NCBI GenBank assembly: GCA_951406725.2
Contig: OX597814.1
Location: 57,474,001 to 57,538,000, forward strand
Origin: Octopus vulgaris
Lineage: Eukaryota
DNA length: 64,000 bases
Reading direction: 5' to 3'
How positions within the stretch are numbered: the stretch's first letter is position 1; each line of letters opens with the position of its first letter. Under the pieces are notes generated by a model that made no database searches, was not told the DNA's origin, and saw only the letters and a list, made by a program, of their open reading frames with translations. Positions 28,026-40,489 of this stretch are shown in pieces. Made by a program: the position numbers and the translations under genes.

Positions 28026-28378
28026 TATATATAGAATTATATGTATATTCTTTTAATATTTTACTTAATTCAGTCATTTGACTGTGGACATACCGGAGCA
28101 CCGCCTTTAGTTGAACAAATCGACCTCAGGACTTACCCTTTGTAAGCCTGGTACTTATTCTATCGCTAAATTTCGGGGACACAGGAAAGTTATGGTAATA
28201 ACTAATTATAAGACCTCAGATTCAACTAACTCTCTTCCCATCTATCCTACAACTGATTTATTGAACTTTGAAACTAATTAAAATGTAAGACTATCGAATT
28301 ATTGAACATTTTCTTTTTCCTGCTTTTTTCCTTACACTTCCTTTCGCTCTATTCTCCTTTTGTTTATCTTTGCCTTTT

Positions 28379-28459
28379 TTGTTCTGATGATGTCTATCAA
28401 TTGCAACGAGGTAAATACTTATTTACCCCAGCCTGATATACGGAAACAGCTGTAAATTT
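28379..28459 (+). ncRNA. Type I hammerhead ribozyme with extended helix II
   Basis: CUGAUGA(28384)-UGUCUAUCA..UGAUAUACG-GAAAC-AGCU-GUA(28454). Internal hairpin GGUAAAUA/UAUUUACC. Helix I is short (GUU/AAU). Confidence 0.7.
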
Positions 28460-28716
28460 ACTCTAGCATACTCTCATCTTACTTCATTAATTAATGGTTT
28501 TATAACACCAAAGATCCACTTCTCATTGTTATTTATTTCTCCATTTTCTTATCGTCTTTACATACATTAAAACAGTTTACCTTTTAAATTACCTACTACT
28601 GTATACCTTATAACAAGGACCATACATACTGAGGTAATTACCAGGATTGCCTCTGGATACATCTATCCCTTAGATGGTTTTAATAACTCTAACTTATATG
28701 TTATTATATATATTAA

Positions 28717-28719
<3 letters not shown>

Positions 28720-28761
<42 letters not shown>

Positions 28762-29159
28762 AATATATATGTATATATATGTGTGCATATATATAGATTT
28801 ATATATATATATATGTATATATATATATGTATATTCATATATATATATTTATGTATATGTATATATACATGTATATGTATATGTATATATATATATGTAT
28901 ATGTATATATATATGTATATATATGTATGTATATGCATATACATGTATATGTATATATATATGTGCATATATATATATATGCATACATATATATGTATGT
29001 GCATATATATATATGCATACATATGTATATGTGCATATATATATATGCATACATATATGTATATATGTATGCATATATATATATGAACATATATATATGT
29101 ATATAAATATATGCATATATATGTATATATATATGTATATATATGTATATGTATATATA

Positions 29160-29192
<33 letters not shown>

Positions 29193-29350
29193 ATATGTAT
29201 ATGTATATATATATATGTATGTATATATTTATGTATATGTATATATATGTATATATATGTGCGTGTATATATGTATACGTATGTATATATGTATATGTGT
29301 ATTTATATATGTGTGTGTATATATATATATGTGTATATATATATGTATCT
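28720..29350. repeat. Compound (CA)n/(TA)n/(TATG)-rich low-complexity tract
   Basis: Direct observation; source of many spurious ORFs. Confidence 0.97.
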
Positions 29351-29537
29351 AAAGAATAAATATAAATATGAATCAAGATAAAATATTTATGTAATCCTTA
29401 CAATGTATTACTAAATGTTGTTAGGTAAACGTCTGCTGTTTCCTCTTATTTATATTTAATCTTATAATACTAAAGCAAAGAACATTTTTCTATATTCAGA
29501 AATGTTTCAGGAGCAAACTACAGCATTTTCTAATTAC

Positions 29538-29700
29538 GTATGTATGTTTGTATGTATGTATGTATGTATGTATGTATGTATGTATGTATGTATGTATGTA
29601 TGTATGTATGTATTTATGTATGTATGTATGTATGTTTGTATGTATGTATGTATGTATGTATGTATGTATGTATGTATGTATGTATGCATGCATGCATGCA
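29538..29700. repeat. (TATG)n microsatellite
   Basis: Direct observation. Confidence 0.97.
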
Positions 29701-29876
29701 TGGATATGTATATATGTGCAGATTAGTATGTTTTCTGTATGTATTCTCATGCATAATATTACATATCTAAACATGCTCATATATATATTTAAATGGTAAA
29801 TTTCTGGAAAACTTTACAGATTTTTACGGTTCCAGTTATGGATTGGATCTGTAGTCTTTGAATTAGCTTTCTCGTT

Positions 29877-30154
29877 TCTGGAAACATGGGTGTTTCGTTC
29901 AACATCCTTAAACAACCCTTATTCAGGGATCTTTTGAGCGGGGTGGGTTACTCGACCAGAAGAAAATTCTAACTAGGCCCCACCTGCAAGGTCATGCGCT
30001 GTTTATCTTGATATGAGATCACCATGTCGCGCACATTTGGTTGCGATGCATGTGCCTGGTGTACCCTTATCAGACAGGTAGTCATGATGGGTATACTCGG
30101 CTTCGTATATTTTACCCCAGTGTCACTTTGATGGCATGCACCGCTCTCTCACTC
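29877..30154 (+). mobile_element. 5'-truncated copy of the (AAT)n-targeted retroposon
   Basis: Matches 24866-25143; followed by (AAT)n. Confidence 0.88.
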
Positions 30155-30202
<48 letters not shown>

Positions 30203-30204
<2 letters not shown>

Positions 30205-30408
30205 TTTCTACTATAGGCACAAGGCCTGAAATTAGGGAGAAGGGACTAGTCGGTTACATCGACCCCAGGTTTCACTCGTACTTAATTTATCGATCCCAAA
30301 ATGATGAAAGGTAAAGTCGACCTCGGCGGAATTTGAACACAGAATATTGCGACTGGTGAAATACCGCTAAGCATTTCGGCCAATGCGCTAACGATTTTGC
30401 CAGCTCGG
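30203..30408 (-). mobile_element. tRNA-derived SINE (OK-like)
   Basis: Reverse complement of the 61563 family. Confidence 0.8.
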
Positions 30409-30410
30409 CA

Positions 30411-30484
30411 GTCACAATGGTTATACGAGGATTCGTATATTTTACCCCAGTGTCACTTTGAGGACATGCACTGCTCTCTCACTC
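30411..30484 (+). mobile_element. Short 3' fragment of the (AAT)n-targeted retroposon
   Basis: ttcgtatattttaccccagtgtcactttg..ctctctcactc followed by a ~165-bp (AAT)n tract. Confidence 0.85.
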
Positions 30485-30500
30485 AATAATAATAATAATG

Positions 30501-30574
<74 letters not shown>

Positions 30575-30578
30575 GATG

Positions 30579-30651
<73 letters not shown>

Positions 30652-31078
30652 TTGTATATGTATATGTACACATATGCATGCATGCGTGCATACATACATA
30701 CATACATACATACATACATACATACATACGATACTGATTTAGAAAGCCATAGTACTGCATTTGGAGTAAAAGAATAAATAATACGAGCAAAGATAAATAT
30801 GGATTATTAAAACTTTGAAGTAAACTTCTTCTAAATATCTTATCTTTCGCCAAATATATTTGCGTAGCATAACAGGATATAAATGAAATCCTGTTTTGTT
30901 ATTTTTATTCTGCAATGCTTCAAGCAAACTACAGCATTCTTTTTACACACGCACACACAGACGTGCTTTCGTGTGTGTGTATTTATTTGTACAAAATCTG
31001 TCAAATACATCAGCTTAAATTATAAATCTTATATTATAGGCAAATATTTTAAAAATAATCTGATCCAATTTATACATA

Positions 31079-33152
31079 CAGGGTGTTCGGGTTACATTCG
31101 ACAGTTTGCATAAAAGGAAAAGAAAATATAAAATTCCATCCAAAAATAAAAGTCATTCCATAAATAATGCACTCTTTTCAATTCCATGAACAAAAATTCG
31201 GAGGGGTACGGGATAAGCTACTTGTATCAACTTGCTATAAAAGCAAGTAGTAATTTTACCTTGTATTTATTCTTAGTGCAAGTTTTGAAGAGTACAGTTC
31301 GATTTCAACGGTTATTTTTTCAAAGCTATAATGGAAACTGACAAAGGAGCATATTCGGCATATTTTGCTTTACGAGTTCAATAAAGGCAGCAATGCAACG
31401 GAAAGTGCGAGGAATATTAATGCAGTGTAAGAGGGTCGGACCATAAGCGTAAGCCAGTGTCAACGGTGGTTCTAGAAAGTCTGAGCTACAAACTACAGCC
31501 TAGAAGACGATCCTCGTCCTAAAAGATCTGTAGAGCTCGACAAGGACGTTCTGCAATCTCTGGTAGAACAAAATCCCATCGTAACTGTTAAGGAACTAGC
31601 AGAGAAGCTTGGATTTGGTTATGCAACCATTCATCGACACCTGCGTGCCGTCGGAAAAGTCAACAATTGAGTCAATGGGTTCCTCACAAACTCTACGAGT
31701 CTAATCGCGCGCAGAGAGTGATTATGTGCTCTTGTTTGCTTTCACGTCTCACGTATGAACCTTTTTGGGACCGAATAGTAACCAGAGGCGAGAAATGGGT
31801 TCTCTATGAAAATGTTAAGCACCGAAGACAGCGGGTAGAGAAAAGAGAAACACCAGCACCCCAGGTTAAAGGTCTTCACCTACATAAGGTAATGTTATCT
31901 GTTTGGTGGGATATGAAAGGTTTAATCCATTTTCAACTTTTAAACCCAAACCAAACGATAACAAAGGCGATCTACTGCGAACAGCTTGAGCGGCTTAAGT
32001 CAGCACTAGAATAAAAACGACCATCTTTGGTTTCAAGACGAAAGGTACTCTTTCATCAGGAAGATGACATTCTTTCATACAGCGAAGATGACATTCCAAC
32101 GGCTGGAGCAGTTTGAATAGGAAACGATGCCCCACCCGCCATATTCGCCGGACACTGCCCCATCTGATTATTATTTATTTCGCAGTTTTCAAAATAATTT
32201 GAACGGAAAAAATATGAATTCTGTAGACGAGGTCAGTACAGTACTGGAAGAGCATTTTTCGTCACGGAAGAGCATTTTAGAAAATGAAAGAGAGTATATT
32301 TTAGATTGAAAAAGCGCTTTGTTTATCTTAATTTTGAAAAATAAACGAAGTATAAAAAACCGCATTATTTATGGGATGACCCAATAGGTTGTTCAAAAGT
32401 AGCCATCGTCAGCTTTTACCACGGGCTCAAGACGGCTCTAGAACCTGGTATATGTGTTTCTCATTGTGTCATTGAGAAGATCTTCGAATACCTCCTTGAT
32501 CTTGGCCACCAGCTCGGCCTTGATGTTGCAGGCAGAGTGGTTGGTGTCTTTCTCAACGCATAGTAACTCATGGGATTACAATCGGGGGAATTAAGAGGCC
32601 AGAGATTGTGGATGATGAAGATCTAAACTTTCTCTGACAACCAGTTCTGACTCTTTCTGGGGGTATCGCAAGAATCCAAATCCCGCTGCCACCTAGATGT
32701 CCGCCCAGTGGCAACCCTCTTCAACCAGATATTGACCACTGTCTCCAGCAGCTTCACATAGACGTCTAAGTTAAGATTACAGACCTGCTCAAAGATGAGT
32801 GGTGTGCGGACGCAGTAAGAACGCTTGCTGTGTCTCTTCCTGATGGTCACGGATTCGTAGTCTCCGTTGCAGCTGTACATATCACGTCTTACAGCCTTTA
32901 CAGTTTTCACAAAGCATTGAGCAGTAGTTATGAAGCTGGCATTTTGATACTCGGTGCGAATCATCATGATAAAGGTAACTGTTTTCCAATATTCTAATGG
33001 CTTCCAGTTCGACACACAAGCGAACTTTTTCTCAACGAAAACTTTAATAATCTTCAACGCCATTGACCGTTCACCAATACATTAGGCTGTTCCTGAAAAA
33101 AAAAAAAAAATGGAGACATAAAAAAACGCGTCAAATTTAGCCCTAACGGCAA
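31079..33152 (-). mobile_element. maT (DD37D) Tc1/mariner element, decayed, split by a nested mariner
   Basis: TIR TA|cagggtgttcgggttacattcgac at 31079 and degenerate gtcaaatttagccctaac at 33130. Minus-strand WQRD...WPLNSPDCNPM(S) with 37 residues between the second and third catalytic positions. C-terminus SRLEPVVKADDGYFE. Confidence 0.75.
31148..32384 (+). mobile_element. Mariner (DD34D) element, disrupted transposase
   Basis: TIR gtcattccataaataatgc / gcattatttatgggatgacccaa|TA; WVPHKL, VTRGEKW, PHPPYSPDTAPSDY. Confidence 0.92.
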
Positions 33153-33469
33153 AGAATGTCTTTAACTGATTAACAACCGCTGTGAAGGAAGAGAAAAATA
33201 CAAAGTAGTAACAGCAACTATTAATAATAATAACAACTGCAATAACTACAATAAATATCAACGTTTTTGTATTTGATAAGCGAAATTCTTGATGTAAACT
33301 CATGTGTTCAAACATATTTTGTTGCATCTCGAGCGGACCTATGTCAGTAATAAATACAACCTCCCGTGATGTTACAAGTTAAATTACTAACTATTAAAAA
33401 TTATAATGGGAGAAGGTCCAAAGTTAAAAATGATTAAAATCATTCACACAAAGAAAACAAAAAAGAATG

Positions 33470-33842
33470 AAGAAAAAGGCATCGGAGGGGCGATGCATAG
33501 CTTATGCACACACAAGAATTAAATAAAATTTAATTTAACAAATATACTCTCAGACGAATTCATATTTCAGCAAAATGACATCAAGAGTTATTCTCCCTGC
33601 TGATCGTTCATGCAGATGTAACAAAGAAAAAAACAAAAAAAAAAAAAAACAAAAACAAAACAAACCATTTTGATTCACCTGTCCGCCAAAATTTAATCAG
33701 TTCGAGCCACTCACCTCATGAGTATTTCTGCCAAATTTGGTGAAAATCCGTTCAGCCGTTTTCCAGTAGTTTTGTAAACTTACAGACAAAGGCAAGCTAT
33801 GCGATTATAATACCCAGCTTTCGCTTACGCGCGCAGGGTAAA
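33470..33842 (+). mobile_element. Helentron/DINE-like non-autonomous element
   Basis: Inverted motif gcatagctt(33496) / aagctatgc(33794); aaatttggtgaaaatccgttcagccgttt; 3' taccc..gggta hairpin followed by an A run. Confidence 0.55.
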
Positions 33843-35249
33843 AAGAAAAAGAAATTGCTTATAAAAGAATTGCTTTATTGATCAAACTAGCAGTAGCTAC
33901 CATGATCCATGATGAGTTAAGAAAAATAACAAATACTAACAAAGGAAATAATGAACAGAAAGAAAACCTGTTGAGCCAGTAACTGCTTTTCAGTTGATAT
34001 CGTGGAATTGTGTCACTCTTCTGTAATGTAATTATTCTAGATTTATCCAATGGATTTCTTCCTTTCTCGAGATGGTAGAGTGTGATATAAGACCACACCA
34101 AGGCTCTCTCATTGGCTCCGTTAAGGGTGGTAGAATTGCAAAAACGGTATTTCATTATATCATTTTACTTTCTGAATTCAAGTACTACACAGCTAACTTG
34201 AAGTTAGATATTACTGCAAAGTAATATTATGAAAAGATGAAAAGGTCATTGAGTATCTTTTGATGACACTGAGATATAACAGAAATATCAAAATTTACTT
34301 AAAGTAAAAGCTAATAAATAGATAAATAAAATAAATAATGATACGTACGTCTCTAAGACCATAACTAAAGTGGGATATACTTGAACAATGAATTCGTTCT
34401 GATTTTGCCTTTGATATATTGATTCACAGAATTTATCTTATACTTGACTGTTAACCTATATCATGGTAATAATTATTAAAAAAACATTTCATTGTTTGAG
34501 ATATTCAGTTTTTGATATTACTAGCTCGTTATGTAATACACAAAGCATTACTTTTACTTTTGCATACTAAGTTTTGGACCCTAGCTTCGTTCCCATGTAT
34601 TGATTATATTTCACAGGCGTAGGGATTATAAGTGAAGAAAAATGGTTTGCTTATAAAATATACTTCTGTGATAAATTTGCGAAGGGAATTAAATTTGATA
34701 TAAAAAAACAAAGTCATTAGTAGTGTCCCAAATTAATATTTGCTTTTAAACGATTGCTATTACTTTCTTTTACATTAATTTTTTCTTTTTATTAACTTAC
34801 ATTTAGATAACATCTCTCACTTTTTGGAATGAGAGTGTATTATAACCAGTAGATTTATTTCTAAAATATTACTGATTCTTATTTTATCAATAAATAGAAG
34901 ATTGATATTGTAAGATATTTCAGAATACTTCAATTTTTCTTCTAGAAAACTTGACTTCTACAGCCACTTTATTACGACCCTTTCACGCGATATTATAGTT
35001 ATATGCCACTTAAAATATTGAGCCATTATCACTTACAAAACATTTATCAAGTATTCCATAGGTAAGCCATACAAAGCATAGCACAGGGAAACTGTCACTG
35101 TTGCTATGCTAACTTATAAAACCATATCTTATTGTTAGCTGTTTTATTCTATGGTTTACTAGTGGTCAAGTATCACCTCATTTAATATGAAAGTTGTTCC
35201 ATTTCCTGTAGTAGAACATTTCATTTTGATTTCCTTTGCGAAGGATATA

Positions 35250-35840
35250 TATATATAATACAAAATGGGACAAGAACGCAAAACATCCGCACGGTTAGGT
35301 GATAAAAAAGTGGAACAACAAAACAACCAAATAGACAATACAAAGAAAACAAGGACGAGTCATTCGAAGCTTTTTTTCTCAGTCGAGTACCAGATTATCT
35401 TCGCAATTTTGGCTGATTATACTCGAGATTGCTCCAATCTGGCCAGCCCCAAGGAAAAAAACTAAGCTAAGGGCATTAGATTCCTTGAAAGAAAGCAGCA
35501 ATGTATACAAAAACAAGGACGGAAAAAACGGACAATATTACACAAATACAATAAAAATAATAACAGGACACAACAACAGGTGTCTTTCGACTAAGGGCAA
35601 ATTAAATTAAGCTGGCGTGTGTGGAAATGAAGCCTTACAGTAGAGATACAAGGTTTCACAGGCACAGGGAGGAATATCGATGTCGCACGGACGGCCAGAC
35701 CAAGAAAGAAAGACTTGGCCGGACGGCAGTCACGTGGGAAGAGAGGAGAGAGAGGTAGAGGCAGGGGGACAGAAAAATTAAGGAGGGGCGAGAAAAAACG
35801 ACAAGGACACAGTGAAGGCAAAGAAATGTGAAAGAGATAT
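35250..35840 (-). mobile_element. Second copy of the Penelope-like non-coding repeat at 6330-6880
   Basis: Collinear homology; starts at a (TA)n tract. Confidence 0.7.
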
Positions 35841-35951
35841 GTATATGTATGTATTTTGGATATTTGTTTTATTATTTATTTGCATATATTGGATAATAAG
35901 TGCAGCATGTTTTGTATATCAATATTATTATTATACTTTTCAAGTTAATTA

Positions 35952-36087
35952 TATCCTCTGACGAGGCCTATGGTTCTTTTAACACATAAGTATAATTTTT
36001 AATGCCTAAAACCATAATATACTGACATATTTAGGTAATATAAGTTGGATTGACTCTTGAACATAGGCTGAAACAGCTGTAGGGGTA
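35952..36087 (+). ncRNA. Type I hammerhead ribozyme with ~90-nt helix II insert
   Basis: UAUCCU-CUGACGA(35958)-GGCCUAUG..CAUAGGCU-GAAAC-AGCU-GUA(36081)-GGGGUA. All core residues are canonical; helices I and II pair fully (with G-U pairs). Confidence 0.85.
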
Positions 36088-36285
36088 ATTTATGAATTGC
36101 AATAATTTATGATATGACTATTAAAATATGTATTTGTATTATTTTTATTATTATATTACCTATTGATTTATATAATGTTTTGTTTGATTTTGATGTTCCC
36201 ATTTGTAAAATTAAGAAATAATGTAAAATTGTAATATCCGTAAGTTGATGAACGAGATGTATTTGTTTCTCCATTTTCTTATTTG

Positions 36286-36342
<57 letters not shown>

Positions 36343-36346
<4 letters not shown>

Positions 36347-36732
36347 GTCAATAAAGAGCGACGAAAGTGCAGGGAGCAACAGTATTGCTAGAAATAAGAG
36401 TCAAAGACTCTTTAGCCACAAAAGCACGTTCTATTTACTGACAATTTTCACGTTATCATTTGGCGGAATCAGCCACTGATTACTATGGTAAATTCTATAA
36501 ATACTGACAAGATAAATTTCAGCTTCACCACACGCAATGGAGTAAGCAATATTGATGACCATTAATGTCCATGCGAAATTGGCATGCCAATCTATTGCTC
36601 TCGCCTGCAGCGGGGAGGATGTCTCCCTTGTCAGTAAATAGAACATGTACTTTTGTGGCTGAAGAGTCTTTGGCTCAAATTTCCAACAGTGCTGCTACTC
36701 CCTGCACCCTTCGTCACTTTTTAGTGACAGTG
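36343..36732. mobile_element. MITE with ~100-bp imperfect TIRs inserted at the end of a (TA)n tract
   Basis: gtcaataaagagcgacgaaagtgcagggag..tatttactgac versus gtcagtaaatag..ctccctgcacccttcgtcactttttagtgacagtg; TA on both sides. Confidence 0.8.
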
Positions 36733-36770
36733 TATTATTTCCATTTTGGTTTTGAATTGCGTATAGCTAT

Positions 36771-36828
<58 letters not shown>

Positions 36829-36918
36829 CATATATATAAATAAAGAAAACAGAAAATGGAGAAATGTTGATGAACAACATCAATTATTATTTATTAATTC
36901 AATACAAATAGACTGCAT

Positions 36919-37037
36919 CTCATCTAACAGCTGTTTCCGCTTCCGATGTTGTATGGTATTTCCATTCATATGCTAAAATATATTTAACATATTTGGTAAT
37001 AAAACCGATCTATAACATGGAGCTTCATCAGAGTGAG
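36919..37037 (-). ncRNA. Type I hammerhead ribozyme (left arm)
   Basis: CUCACU-CUGAUGA-AGCUCCAUGUU..AACAUCGGAAGCG-GAAAC-AGCU-GUU-AGAUGAG. Confidence 0.72.
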
Positions 37038-38700
37038 GAATAAATGAAGAAGAGCCTAGATAAGAAAAAGGAAAAGCTGAATATGGTTGTAATCATACCA
37101 TTCTTCTTGTGTATCTCTTAGGGACGTGAAGTAAATGACCAGACTTAAAATAGTAATTGGTGGATTAATCCTTTGTACGTGGGGGATAGGATGGATAAAT
37201 AATAAAAATATAAAAAATTATAGTGTGAAACGCCAATAGGTTTTAGTCGGAGAGGGAGTGAAGACACAATGAGGTATTAGATTAATCATAATAATTCATA
37301 ATTATGTTTATAGTACTAATTAATAGTATTTTTCATAATAAAGTGCTAATCGATTAAACGTAATTTTAAAATTAATTTACCAGTAGGTGTTTAAACCCTT
37401 CCACCTGTTGTTCGAAGTGAGATAGGCCAAGGTCCATCGTTCGATATAATTGTTCAGTTGAAATTTAAAGACAAAAGACCAGCTATTGAGATCGTTATAC
37501 GGGGTAACATAAATAAATGAATGAATGGGAAAATGGTGTATGTTGTAAGCGGCCGTAAAACGCTCAGGACAGTATATACGAGATTAAAAAAATAAATAAA
37601 TAGCTGGTCTTGAGTCTGTGTGTGTATGCCGTTAATGTAATACTGTGTGATTCTGGACTTTGTATGGTTGCGTTTAGAGATATAAACAAACTAACGTACA
37701 CACACACACACGAAAATATACTCATTTGTTTTGAAGTTTGTGCCATTGTATTAAATATACTCATCCACCTGCTATGGAAAATGAATCACACAGAAGGCGA
37801 CGGTTAGCCAGAGAGAGGCAAAGGCGAAGAACAACCAGTTTCACGCAGGAAGAACTGGACGCAAAAAGATTAAATATACATTGAGGTTATTAAATCAATT
37901 ACAAGAAGTGAGACAAGAAAGACGAGCACAAACCTTTAATATGAAAATTTTTGCATTGATGCACAAGTGGCATTTCCTATATTTCCTTAATTTTCCTACG
38001 GAATAAATTCTTTTTACTGCTTTTACTAATTTCACATTCCTATTTAAAAATAAAAACAAACTTTTGGGTCATTTTCACCCTCAAACGTCTTACTTCCCAA
38101 ATGTCCGAATAGGTTTCTCTCTTAATATTTATTCCATAATATTTATTTTTTTAATCTCGTATATACTGTCCTGAGCGTTTTACGACCGCTTACAACATAC
38201 ACCATTTTCCCATTCATTCATTTATTTATGTTACCCCGTATAACGATCTCAATAGCTGGTCTTTTGTCTTTAAATTTCAACTGAACAATTATATCGAACG
38301 ATGGACCTTGGCCTATCTCACTTCGAACAACAGGTGGAAGGGTTTAAACACCTACTAGTAAATTAATTTAAAAATTACGTTTAATCGATTAGCATTTTAT
38401 TATGAAAAATACTATTAATTAGTACTATAAACATAATTATGAATTATTATGATTAATCTAATACCTCATTGTGTCTTCACTCCCTCTCCGACTAAAACCT
38501 ATTGGCGTTTCACACTATAATTTTTTATCTTTTTATTATTTATCCATCCTATCCCCCACGTACAAAGGATCAATCCACCAATTACTATTTTAAGTCTAGT
38601 CATTTACTTCACGTCTCTAAGAGATACACAAGGAAAATGGTATGATTACAACCATATTCAGCTTTTCCTTTTTCTTATCTAGGCTCTTCTTTATTTATTC

Positions 38701-38819
38701 CTCACTCTGATGAAGCTCCATGTTATAAATCGGTTTTATTACCAAATATGTTAAATATCTTTTAGCATATGAATGGAAATACCATACAACATCGGAAGCA
38801 GAAACAGCTGTTAGATGAG
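38701..38819 (+). ncRNA. Type I hammerhead ribozyme (right arm)
   Basis: CUCACU-CUGAUGA(38707)-AGCUCCAUGUU..AACAUCGGAAGCA-GAAAC(38801)-AGCU-GUU-AGAUGAG; internal hairpins AUAUGUUAAA/UUUAGCAUAU and AUGG/CCAU. Confidence 0.72.
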
Positions 38820-38976
38820 TTTTACATTGAAGGGATTAAAAAATTTGTAAATAGATGGAAGGAAGTCATAGATAATCAAGGAAAGTACATTGATGATTAA
38901 ATTTCGATTAAATATAACATTCGATCACTTATTTTCTTTATTCAAAATTCGGATAGAACTTAAGGGATGATCTGAT
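38820..38976 (+). mobile_element. Mariner 3' terminal remnant
   Basis: FYIEGIKKFVNRWKEVIDNQGKYIDD* then TIR-like gaacttaagggatgatctga|TA. Confidence 0.8.
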
Positions 38977-39068
38977 ACATGCATACATACATACATACAT
39001 ACATACACACATACATACACACGTACGTACGTACATACGTACATACACACACACACACATATATATAT

Positions 39069-39072
<4 letters not shown>

Positions 39073-39131
<59 letters not shown>
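39073..39131. repeat. (AG)n microsatellite
   Basis: Direct observation. Confidence 0.97.
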
Positions 39132-39133
<2 letters not shown>

Positions 39134-39413
39134 TTGTTTACATGTATGAGATCGCAGGAGAAACTATGAACATTTGTAATTCATGAATTCTGTGGTCCTG
39201 ATCAATAATTTTTCATAGTTTTGCTTACACAGTTACCCTTCAATATTTTCATAAATTTTCTCCTTGAATTTCTCGTTGTTTTTAATCGTTGTTGAAGTAG
39301 CGTGCTCTCATGTTAGACCGTTCTTAGTCGAATCAATTCCTTTCAGGCAAACCTTTTCATAAGATATTTTGTGTTTTGCCATCATTGATTATAGTTACTT
39401 ATACACACCTTCC

Positions 39414-39648
<235 letters not shown>

Positions 39649-39878
39649 TTTGTTTCTGTTGATTCCGTTTGTGTTTTTGTTGTTTAATCTGCTGTTTACT
39701 TTGAGGGCACATGTACTCTATTCAAGCAACATCTTTCCCTTCTATTGACAATATTTTTGAGAAGCTCACGTATTGACGATTTATTGTTGGACGCCCTTCG
39801 ATTTTTCTACATTATCTTACTGCGTTACTGCTTCCATAGAGTCTATTATAAGATGGGCAGTTTTTGTAGATTCATACG

Positions 39879-39929
<51 letters not shown>

Positions 39930-40158
39930 GGCATGTCCATGTCTATATATTTAGAAAGTTTTTCAAAATCGTTTCGTAATATGTTGTGTGAATATCAAGT
40001 AGTTAACTTTAACTCTTTCATCTGTGTGTATTTGCATATCCTAGAAAATCACATCAGACTCATTATTCAAGAAAATACTAAAGGAAAACATTTTCCAGAA
40101 CTGACTCCGTTGGCATGCCTAAGTCATTTTTGTTTTTCATAAGCCCCCATTACTTTAA

Positions 40159-40377
40159 CCCTGTAGCATTTAAACCGGTTATATTCAGGCCAAATATTCT
40201 ACCTGTTTTATATACAAACCAGCCAGATTCAGTGTCTCATACCTAACTTACAATGCCATTCTAAAACTGAACAATCAAATAGTTGAAATCTCGTAGCTAC
40301 GAGATTATGCATGATTAATTCAAACAATGTGGTCAAATAAGCATTACATTTGACAGAGTAATCTGAATGCAGAAGGG
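40159..40377. mobile_element. piggyBac-type MITE (TTAA TSD), second copy
   Basis: TTAA-CCCTGTAGCATT...AATGCAGAAGGG-TTAA; collinear with 4377-4597. Confidence 0.85.
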
Positions 40378-40489
40378 TTAAAATATTTTCAGCGTAAATA
40401 AGAATCCACAGCGTTATATCTCAAGACATATTTTGTAGTGGTCATCAGATAGAACGTGAGCAATGTTCTCATCATATTGACAGCACATA

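Larger units (their letters stand above)
36919..38819. repeat. 680-bp inverted repeat (36919-37598 / 38140-38819) with 541-bp spacer; Penelope-like inverted pseudo-LTR arrangement
   Basis: Arms are reverse complements with about 14 substitutions counted by eye; each ends in a hammerhead motif. Confidence 0.95.

Noticed and set aside
28713-30853. Many ORFs of YI/MYVC/poly-N/I/L type here and throughout the window
   Set aside because: Translations of microsatellites; no coding evidence.
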